Shown here: piece by piece, positions 1 through 6,775 of the stretch | Numbering within the stretch: the first letter of the stretch is position 1 | Layout of the letters: every line of letters starts with the position of its first letter | NCBI GenBank assembly: GCA_040902005.1 | Contig: JBBDYA010000087.1 | Span: 9,009-20,651, forward strand | DNA length: 11,643 nt | Direction of reading: 5' to 3' | Origin: Gemmatimonadaceae bacterium | Lineage (GTDB): Bacteria > Gemmatimonadota > Gemmatimonadetes > Gemmatimonadales > Gemmatimonadaceae | The notes under the pieces: model-generated | The model's database searches: none | The model's input: only the letters and a program-made list of their open reading frames with translations | What the model was told of the DNA's origin: nothing | Program-made: the position numbers and the translations under genes

Positions 1-35
1 TTCGACTACCACGTCTGTTCGGCCGGCGCTCTCGG

Positions 36-66
36 CCGGCCCGAACGGGCGGGCCGGTTTCAGTTT
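36..66 (+). terminator. possible intrinsic terminator-like hairpin
   Basis: CCGGCCC (36-42) pairs with GGGCCGG (51-57), followed by TTTCAGTTT; the T-tract is imperfect and no upstream gene is visible in the window. Confidence 0.25.
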
Positions 67-81
67 CCGATTGCACGCAGG

Positions 82-124
82 AAAAAAAACGGCGAGGCCG
101 CACCCGAGAGTGTCAGCCCCGCCG
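82..124 (-). terminator. Rho-independent terminator
   Basis: Minus strand reads CGGCGGGGCTG-A-CAC-TCTCGG-GTG-CGGCCTCGCCG then T8 (A82-A89). The two G-U pairs in the stem form only on the minus strand. Confidence 0.65.
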
Positions 125-125
125 T

Positions 126-295
126 GGCAACCTGCGAAGTCCTTGAAGTCTACGAACTGCATCGGTGCTGTCAACTGGCTTTGGAAATCGCCCGTACTCG
201 AACCGGGACAGGACGCGAAGCGGAGCGAGGGCGCGAGCACTTGTTGCACGAGCTCAACCCGGAGACCAAAGCGGTCAGCAACTTCGCAGGTTGCC
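126..295 (-). ncRNA. candidate structured ncRNA or cis-regulatory leader, family unassigned
   Basis: Perfect 15-bp terminal inverted repeat GGCAACCTGCGAAGT (126-140) / ACTTCGCAGGTTGCC (281-295); nested stems TGCTG/CAGCA (166-170/276-280), GCTTTGG/CCAAAGC (178-184/266-272) and CCGGG/CCCGG; terminator immediately downstream on the minus strand; no convincing ORF. Confidence 0.35.
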
Positions 296-323
296 GAAGT
301 ATCGCCGCTGTGATGTTTTTTCG

Positions 324-352
324 ATGCATCGGCAGGCTCAGGGGGCTAATTT
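324..352 (+). promoter_or_regulatory. putative sigma70-type promoter for the tRNA
   Basis: TAATTT (347-352) as -10 and ATGCAT (324-329) as a weak -35 with 17-bp spacing; T-tract just upstream; ends 15 bp before the tRNA. Confidence 0.3.
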
Positions 353-367
353 GGTTTGGCGTCATTC

Positions 368-441
368 GGCAGGGTAGCTCAGGTGGTTAGAGCACGGCAC
401 TCATAATGCCGGGGTCGCGGGTTCGAGTCCCGCCCCTGCTA
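368..441 (+). tRNA. tRNA-Met (anticodon CAT), elongator-like; CCA not encoded
   Basis: Full cloverleaf: acceptor GGCAGGG/CCCTGCT, D arm GCTC/GAGC, anticodon arm CGGCA-CTCATAA-TGCCG (CAT at 402-404), T arm GCGGG-TTCGAGT-CCCGC, discriminator A441. Lacks the three G-C anticodon-stem pairs of initiator tRNA; lysidine tRNA-Ile2 cannot be fully excluded. Confidence 0.95.
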
Positions 442-1718
442 TAGAGGGAATCCTCAGCGGGCCAATCACTTGCGAGTGGTTGGCTCGTCGTGTTTTCGCC
501 GGGCGCGCCGGACGCGGTACCCACCACGGTACCCATTTCTTCGACTTTTCCACTCTCGGGTGCCTGGTCGAGCTCTGCGGCGATGCGTTCCCAACGGTCT
601 CGCTCGTCGCTCCGCGGCGCGTAGCGGCCATACACCCGCGCGACCATCTGCACGTCGGCGTGCCCGAGCTGGCGAGCCACGAGCTCGTACGGCGTGCCGG
701 CGCGGACGGCGCGGATCGCGTAGAAGTGCCGCGAGTCGTGGACGCGGTGGTGCGGGAGTCCGAGCACCCGGAGCCGCCCGCGGTGCACGTCGCCGACCTG
801 CCAGCGATGGAGACCACGGAACAGGCGCTCACCCGGCGTCAGGGTTGCCAAGTGCGCCTCGAGGAACGGCCAGGCCCACTCCGCAACGCGGACGACGCGA
901 TCGCGCGCGTGCGCCTTTGTCCCGCGGGCCCGGACCTCGCGGCGGGCCGCGTCCACGTCGTTCTCCACGCACGCGAGCGCCGCGGAGATCTCCACGCCGG
1001 CGCCGTACAACATCGCGAAGAGTGCCCGGTACGGCTGGGGAGCGCCCTCGACAATCCGGCGCACGTCGCGCAAATCCAGCTCTACCGCGCGCGGCCGGTT
1101 CGGCGGTGGTGCCTGGACATCGCGCACGGGGTTCGCGGTGAGGACGCCGATCTCGACGAGATACGTGGCGAAGCTGCGAACTGCCGCCAGGTACTTCCGC
1201 TTGGTCGAGCCGGTGATGGGACGCGGGGTCGGGTCCGGCTTCCGGCGCGATCCTCGCTCCGCCGGCCGTCGCTTCTGCACCAGCGCCGTCCGCGTGCTGA
1301 GCCACTGGCCGATCTCCGGCGCCGTCAACCGCGACCGCGGAAACGCCCTGCCCTCAGGCATGAGCGTCCGCACCTGAACGAGGTAGTGCGCCGCGGTATC
1401 AGGCTTCACCCGATCGGCCATCCACGCTTCCCAGCCCGCCAGATGCTCGGTCAGGTCTACGTCTCGCAGCTGCTCGCGCAGCTGGTCGAGGCGGTTGTGG
1501 GACCACGCGTCGTATAGCTCGCCGAGCGACAGCGAGTTGTCCTCGATGCGATCGAGCAGGTCCCAAGCGCGCGCGCCCTTCGTACCGAGCTGCTCGAGCA
1601 TCCGCTCCATGGCACGCGCAGTGGAAGCGTGTGTCGTGCCGGTCGAGCGCTTCACGCGGCCAGTGCGCGTCGGCACCGCGACGAACCAGGCATCACGACC
1701 GGCACGACGGTAGACCAT
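387..1718 (-). CDS. tyrosine recombinase / phage-type integrase
   Basis: 443 aa; N-terminal arm-binding-like segment (WFVAVP...VKRSTGT), core-binding region ending LTANPV, catalytic domain with K268, H327-D-S-R330, LGH353, Y363; points toward and overlaps the tRNA 3' end. Confidence 0.92.
   Translation of the reverse strand: MVYRRAGRDAWFVAVPTRTGRVKRSTGTTHASTARAMERMLEQLGTKGARAWDLLDRIEDNSLSLGELYDAWSHNRLDQLREQLRDVDLTEHLAGWEAWMADRVKPDTAAHYLVQVRTLMPEGRAFPRSRLTAPEIGQWLSTRTALVQKRRPAERGSRRKPDPTPRPITGSTKRKYLAAVRSFATYLVEIGVLTANPVRDVQAPPPNRPRAVELDLRDVRRIVEGAPQPYRALFAMLYGAGVEISAALACVENDVDAARREVRARGTKAHARDRVVRVAEWAWPFLEAHLATLTPGERLFRGLHRWQVGDVHRGRLRVLGLPHHRVHDSRHFYAIRAVRAGTPYELVARQLGHADVQMVARVYGRYAPRSDERDRWERIAAELDQAPESGKVEEMGTVVGTASGAPGENTTSQPLASDWPAEDSLYSRGGTRTRDPGIMSAVL
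457..498 (+). terminator. hairpin downstream of tRNA, probable terminator
   Basis: GCCAATCACT-TGCG-AGTGGTTGGC (461-484, one U-G pair), extendable to 457-488, followed by CGTGTTTT. Confidence 0.45.
515..535. repeat. tandem 9-bp direct repeat, candidate integrase arm-type sites
   Basis: CGGTACCCA at 515-523 and 527-535 (12-bp period), about 75-95 bp inside the tRNA 3' end. Confidence 0.5.
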
Positions 1719-1731
1719 CTTCTTTCTGCTC

Positions 1732-4700
1732 TCAAATAGGGCGCCACGCTAGCCAGAACAGGTCACCTTTGATCCGCCACGTGCCCATACAAAACTCGAT
1801 TCGGCTTCTCAGGTCATCGAGGCCGACCCAGCTCAAGGGCGCGGTAACATATCCCAGCTTTGCCGCAGGCGGCTGCATATTGAGCTGAGCAAGCGCCCGT
1901 ATGTAGCGATGGTTCATCGCGGTCGGCGATTCAACCCACTCTTTGAGCTCGCGCGACGCTGCATCGGTAATGTCACCCAGCCGCCAACGCTCGGCGAAAT
2001 TGGTGGGATTAGCTTTGATCAACAGCACAATACGATTGCCGTTGACCCCAAACAGAATCTCGCGAGTGTTGAGGCAGAACCCGGTCACGGCAGCAGAAGC
2101 TGCCTCCGCTCGCACCGCCTTCGCCATGGCTATGGCGGAATAGCGGGATGGTTCATGGTCAGGTGTAGTCAGACCCAGAAAAGGCAACAGCGCCGGGTTC
2201 CAGTTGACTGGATCCGCCATAAGGAATTGGGCGCCGCCGTTCAACCAAGGCTCGACGTCTTCCCTGAGTTGCCGCGCGTAATTCTGAAGGCGCTCGCTTT
2301 CGTTGCGGAGCGCCGTATCTCGGCCTGCCAGTTCCCGCATCGCGTTCGCCGCATCGCTCACGGTGCGCAGGCCGATCAGATAGTCCATCAAAAGTGGACT
2401 CCACATCATGTGCCTGGCGACCGCGATGTTCTCTCGCACCCGCAGGAGTGATGTAGCTCTGTTCCTCTTGAAGACATAGGAGCTCGCCAAGAGGTTCAAT
2501 CCGCCAATCGCGGCGAACCTGTCGTATCTGTCGGACCTCCCGACCATCCAATCCGCGAGTCCGTTATTCCAATATTGACTCATCCATACATCCCATCCCT
2601 GGCCGTCAGAACGTATGAACCCGAGCGGCGGCAAATGCTCCGAACGTGCCAGGCGGCGCCACAGAACGAGCACGGGAAGCTCAAGATCGGGGTTTGCTCT
2701 AATGGCGAGTTCCATGTCCAACGCATTCATCTCTGCCGGGGCAATAGCGGGGACGTCGAGGTATGACGGAACCCGCATACCGTCAATATGCCAAGCGGCA
2801 AGGGCTCGCCCCGCAGCCGTATCCACAGTTACTCCGTCGGAGAGTCCTTGCGACGATCGGGAGAACTCGCTGTCAGCGTCCCGGAACAGAAACGGCGAAC
2901 CGAATTCACGCACGAAACCCGAGTCTCGCGAGAGATACACATTCATGTCGACGTCTTGTAGTCGCTGCAGGAGCGTGGCTGCCGCCGGCATGGCCCGGGC
3001 GTTGTTTCTCGCCGACACACTCGCTGCAAGAATTACTACTGACAGAGCGCCCAGGAGAGGGAGCAACACGAGCAGCGAGGCAACCGACAGAAATCCGAGC
3101 CAAGCGCGCGATGCTTGTCGGACGTGAGTGATCTCGGCAGATGCAATCCACGAGCTCACGAGTTCCGATCGAAAGCCGGCATCTCTGGCGCCCCACCTGA
3201 ACGCCTCAGGCCAGCGACCGGAGCTGTGGCGCGTCTCGAGCCGGCGAAGCCAGAGGAGCGCAATGAGACCGATCAGGCAGGGACTCAGGAGGACGGCGGC
3301 TTCTCCTGGCGGAAGTATCTCCCCTCCTGGAGCCCAGCCTCCGATCCATCCCACGGCCCACATCGGAACCACGGTCGCCGCAGCGATGATCGTTGCCGTT
3401 GACACACCCATCCTCACGCGGCGCAAACGAATCAAGTGTTCGCGAGTTGCCGCGCTCATGAGCGCGAAAGACCCCGTGCCGTTGAGTAAGGCTCCGGTAT
3501 CGGATCCCAAATCGAAGGCCACGTCCAGGAGAACGCTCCATGGATAACCTGCGCGTTTGGCCCGGATGAAAAGCCTCGGAAGGAGCAATGCACGCGCAGC
3601 GGCCCAGAGCAGTGTCAGCCCGACAACGACTGCACAACACGTGAGCAGAAAGAACCAGATCGGTGTGCTGTCGAATCCAAGTGAAGGGATTCCGTCCGTG
3701 CTCATCCACTTGGCGTTGATCTTCCATGGCGACATTGCCACGGGTGAGCGGAGCAGCAACGCCAGGAAACTCACGGTCGCGAGGACGGCGACCGCGACCG
3801 TCGCGCCAAGTCTTGCAGCCCGGCCCCGGAGATACTCCAAGCCGGGTGGTGGCCACTCGATAAGCGCCTGGGCAGAAGGCAGCAGTGCGCGCGCGACATC
3901 GGTCGCATCCGGCCGTTTCCCGGGCTCCTTGGCAAGACAACGGTCGATCAGCGCCGCGAATTCGGGACTAAGGTCGGGCCGCAGGGACGACGTCCGTGGT
4001 GGAGTGTCTTTGATGTGCGCCGCCACGAGCGCCATCGCCGATTGGTCGGTGAATGGGGGCCTGCCGGTCACGAGTTCGAACGCGACAATACCCAAGCTAT
4101 AGATGTCGCTTTTGGGCGTAATGGTGTCGGCCGCCGCTTGTTCGGGGCTCATATACATCGGCGTGCCGATGCTGTGTCCCTGAGCCGTCAGCCGTGTGGC
4201 CGCAGGCCCGGTGACTTGGCCAACAGCGGCACTGATGCCAAAGTCGAGCACAATCACGCGCTGCGTCTCGCGATCGAGCATGAGATTGACCGGCTTGATG
4301 TCCCGATGCACCAATCCGCGCACATGTGCCGCGGCCAGTGCCGACGCTATCTCTCCGACGATACGCCGCGCTCGCGGCTCCGGGATCGCCTGACCGGGTG
4401 TGATATGAGCCTCCAGGCTCTCACCCTCGACGTATTGCATGACGAAGTAAGCGGTGCCAGAGCGAGGCAGCTCGCCGACCTGATACACGCTGACGACCGA
4501 GGGGTGTGAAATCGCGGCGGCCGACTCGGCTTCGCGCGCGAAACGAATGCGCGCGCTCGCGTCCCGAGCCAGGTCGGGGTGCATGATCTTCACCGCGACC
4601 AAACGCTTGAGCGCAGGATCGCGCGCGAGCCAAACACTGCCCATGCCGCCTTCGCCGATTTGGTTGAGCAGGTTGAGTCTCGGTGCAAGCGCTTCGCGAA

Positions 4701-4932
4701 GTTCCTCAACGAGAGCCGGGTCCGGTGTGGACGCCGCAACGAGTGGTGGTGCTCCGTCAGAGTGAGGCGTCAACACGGTCGCGGAGAACGGAAGCCCAGA
4801 ACCGCACCGGGGACAGGTCGCGTCAGAGGGCTTCACTTCCGTTCCACAAGCTGGGCACCGCGTTTGATCAGTCAGTTGACTAGTCATGTTTTCAGGAGCG
4901 CAGCGCCGGAGGGTTTTGCGCCGCTGATACAT
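1732..4932 (-). CDS. Hanks-type Ser/Thr protein kinase with N-terminal zinc ribbon, ~5 TM helices and C-terminal extracytoplasmic domain
   Basis: CPACG..CPRCG; IGEGGMGSV, VAVK, HRDIKPVN, DFG, GTPMYMSPEQ, SDIYSLG all intact; five hydrophobic segments follow. The start may instead be ATG at 4887 (MTSQLTD). Confidence 0.93.
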   Translation of the reverse strand: MYQRRKTLRRCAPENMTSQLTDQTRCPACGTEVKPSDATCPRCGSGLPFSATVLTPHSDGAPPLVAASTPDPALVEELREALAPRLNLLNQIGEGGMGSVWLARDPALKRLVAVKIMHPDLARDASARIRFAREAESAAAISHPSVVSVYQVGELPRSGTAYFVMQYVEGESLEAHITPGQAIPEPRARRIVGEIASALAAAHVRGLVHRDIKPVNLMLDRETQRVIVLDFGISAAVGQVTGPAATRLTAQGHSIGTPMYMSPEQAAADTITPKSDIYSLGIVAFELVTGRPPFTDQSAMALVAAHIKDTPPRTSSLRPDLSPEFAALIDRCLAKEPGKRPDATDVARALLPSAQALIEWPPPGLEYLRGRAARLGATVAVAVLATVSFLALLLRSPVAMSPWKINAKWMSTDGIPSLGFDSTPIWFFLLTCCAVVVGLTLLWAAARALLLPRLFIRAKRAGYPWSVLLDVAFDLGSDTGALLNGTGSFALMSAATREHLIRLRRVRMGVSTATIIAAATVVPMWAVGWIGGWAPGGEILPPGEAAVLLSPCLIGLIALLWLRRLETRHSSGRWPEAFRWGARDAGFRSELVSSWIASAEITHVRQASRAWLGFLSVASLLVLLPLLGALSVVILAASVSARNNARAMPAAATLLQRLQDVDMNVYLSRDSGFVREFGSPFLFRDADSEFSRSSQGLSDGVTVDTAAGRALAAWHIDGMRVPSYLDVPAIAPAEMNALDMELAIRANPDLELPVLVLWRRLARSEHLPPLGFIRSDGQGWDVWMSQYWNNGLADWMVGRSDRYDRFAAIGGLNLLASSYVFKRNRATSLLRVRENIAVARHMMWSPLLMDYLIGLRTVSDAANAMRELAGRDTALRNESERLQNYARQLREDVEPWLNGGAQFLMADPVNWNPALLPFLGLTTPDHEPSRYSAIAMAKAVRAEAASAAVTGFCLNTREILFGVNGNRIVLLIKANPTNFAERWRLGDITDAASRELKEWVESPTAMNHRYIRALAQLNMQPPAAKLGYVTAPLSWVGLDDLRSRIEFCMGTWRIKGDLFWLAWRPI

Positions 4933-5139
4933 CGGGCGCTGATGAAGGAAACGGCACGTAGAAAGGAAGCGTGCAGCCGTGCCTGAATGTCCGAATAGTG
5001 GGGAATGACGTCAAGCCCACTGCTTGGCATCGTGACCGTCTCCTGCGCGGCACCACACCATAGGCTGCAAACGACGGAATCGAAGGCCTCTTCCTTCTAC
5101 TCCCCTACCACTCCCATACTTGGCATTCGCTGCGGTACC

Positions 5140-5592
5140 TATGGCCATGTCTACGGTCAGATCGACCCGCTGCAGCTCGGAGCGATCGAACGCGCCATGC
5201 GTATCGCAGTCAGCTACGGCGAGAAACTTGCCCGAAAGAACCTCGTAAAGGACGCCATCGAACGTCTCGTTACCGGATACCCGTCTCATGAGTTCGTGAT
5301 CGACCTCGCTGAGGCCAAGACGCTGTTTCAGCAGGTGCGGGAACCAACCGATACTGAAGAACAACTCGGCGAGTGCATGTCGTTTGTTACGCGCGATGAG
5401 ACTGACGACTCCTATGTCGAGCTACTAAATCCACCGGAGTTGATCCATGCGGAAAGCGAGCCTACGGCAGCCACAGACAATGGAACGGCTGAGGGAGAAG
5501 AACCAACGGGAGGCGGAACGAATCACAAGGCTCCTAGTGAAACCGATGTTTCCGCCATCGACGACCTCCGAGTCCCCGCCAGCGCCCCATAA
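5140..5592 (+). pseudogene. C-terminal fragment of an SDH-family / SppA-like Clp-fold serine protease
   Basis: YGQIDPLQLGAIERAMRIAVSYGEKL...AIERLVTGYPSHEFVIDLAEAKTLF resembles the C-terminal half of this family. The N-terminal region with the catalytic Ser is absent, and the first 45 codons of ORF 5005-5592 do not look like family sequence. Confidence 0.6.
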
Positions 5593-5741
5593 ACCGACGA
5601 CACGGTCGCTGCAAAGACGGGCCTGCTAACCGCGTTCGCCGCAAGACCGTCCTGACCTCGGCCTCGCCTCGTTTCTCGCGGCGGGGGCTGATTGCTTGCA
5701 GCGTGTTTAGATCGTTCCCGGGCCGCAGGAATGACGGTTCG

Positions 5742-6128
5742 ATGACGGAACGCCCTACCGTGCCAGTATGGGAGCGCATTGTTCGGGTCACGCACGGGGG
5801 CGTCCTATACAAGTTCCTGGTAGAGGCTGACCCGCCCCTCTCGTTCTGGCGCGTGGAGACGGCAGGGCGCCCGCCAGAGCGCTTGCCGCTCCGCGCCCTT
5901 GGGACCGAGCAACCGGAGTTCTTCCGGTCCCTGGCGAAGCTGATCAGCGTCTCACCGGGCGCAGTATCGCGCGCCTGGTGGCCGCTGCGGGCCACGGCGC
6001 GGGGATTGGGAAAGGTTCGGCCCCATGGATTGCGGCACGCGGCGATTACCGAGGCGTTGGACGCCACGGCGGGCGACGTCCGAAAGGTCGCGCGGTTTCT
6101 CGCGCCACCGGGATCTCCGCGGTCATGA
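5742..6128 (+). CDS. small hypothetical protein (about 70 aa) whose 3' end runs into the recombinase remnant
   Basis: ATG at 5742 with AGGA 11 nt upstream; MTERPTVPVWERIVRVTHGGVLYKFLVEAD...FFRSLAKLI has protein-like composition; no recognisable family. Confidence 0.3.
   Translation: MTERPTVPVWERIVRVTHGGVLYKFLVEADPPLSFWRVETAGRPPERLPLRALGTEQPEFFRSLAKLISVSPGAVSRAWWPLRATARGLGKVRPHGLRHAAITEALDATAGDVRKVARFLAPPGSPRS
5945..6120 (+). pseudogene. frameshifted internal fragment of a XerC-like tyrosine recombinase
   Basis: Stitching three frames gives QRLTGRSIARLVAAAGHGAGIGK / VRPHGLRHAAITEALDATAGDVRKVAR / FSRHRDLR, with +1 shifts at AAA 6011-6013 and TTT 6096-6098; ends before the catalytic Tyr. Confidence 0.75.
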
Positions 6129-6775
6129 TCTTCGTGGTGATCTGGGGCTTCTGGCCCTACTTCGCGTCGCCCTTCGGCGGCGAGGTGCGCCGCCCGCTGG
6201 TCATTCACGTGCACGCGGTGGTGTTCTCCGGCTGGATGGCGCTGCTCTTGACGCAGGTCATCCTGGCGGCGAATCGCCGGATCGATCTGCACCGTCGTGT
6301 CGGACGATTCGGCATCGGCTACGGAGTCGTTGTGCTGTTCATGGGGCTCGTCGCGTCGTTCGTCGCGCCGGCGGAGCACGTGCGCGCGGGCCGCTGGACG
6401 CTGGACGAGGCGGCGTCGTTCCTGATTCTTCCGCTCGGCGACATGCTGCTGTTCGCGGGGTTCTTCGGGGCCGCCGTGGCCTACCGCCGCACGCCGGAGA
6501 CGCACAAGCGCCTGATCGTACTCGCGACCATCGCCGTGCTGTTCGCCCCGGCCGCGCGCGCCGGAAGTCCAAGCCTGGTGGCGATCGTCGGCATCTGGCT
6601 GCTCCCGTTGGCGCTGGCGGCGGGGCACGACGCCTGGACCCGAGGGCGGGTGCACGTCACCTACGTCCTGGGCACGGTCATCCTGCTCATCGGGCTGGCG
6701 CGGCTGTCGCTCATGGACGGTGAGCCCTGGCTCCGGGCTGGCCGGGCGATGATGCAACCGTTCCTGCAGGGATGA
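6125..6775 (+). CDS. polytopic membrane protein (6-7 TM, His-containing, DUF2306-like by eye), probably 5'-truncated
   Basis: Hydrophobic segments with HVHAVVFSGW, DLHRRVG, HKRLIVLATI and GRVH; strong GC3 bias starts near 6110. The 5978 start in the ORF track lies inside the recombinase remnant. Confidence 0.8.
   Translation: MIFVVIWGFWPYFASPFGGEVRRPLVIHVHAVVFSGWMALLLTQVILAANRRIDLHRRVGRFGIGYGVVVLFMGLVASFVAPAEHVRAGRWTLDEAASFLILPLGDMLLFAGFFGAAVAYRRTPETHKRLIVLATIAVLFAPAARAGSPSLVAIVGIWLLPLALAAGHDAWTRGRVHVTYVLGTVILLIGLARLSLMDGEPWLRAGRAMMQPFLQG

Noticed and set aside
1..162. Minus-strand frame MQFVDFKDFAG... as a Phe-rich leader peptide
   Set aside because: No stop before the terminator, no clear RBS, and the downstream gene is not visible
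126..295. Retron msr-msd, cobalamin riboswitch or T-box
   Set aside because: No reverse transcriptase in the window and a terminator follows directly; CCGGAGACC is only a partial B12-box match; no T-box motif before the terminator
480..1517. 345-aa plus-strand ORF and other long antisense or overlapping ORFs (e.g. 5534-7120, 6864-7871, 9365-10318)
   Set aside because: Shadow ORFs of GC-rich genes, mostly Arg/Pro/Ala-rich with no recognisable motifs
5132..5139. GCGGTACC matching the candidate arm repeat
   Set aside because: Single 8-bp match without a tandem partner or att core
5658..5697. GC hairpin after the protease remnant as a terminator
   Set aside because: Bulged stem with several G-U pairs and no proper T-tract
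5831..5839. CCCGCCCCT matching the tRNA 3' end as a possible right att site
   Set aside because: Only 9 GC-rich bases with no T-loop match; expected by chance
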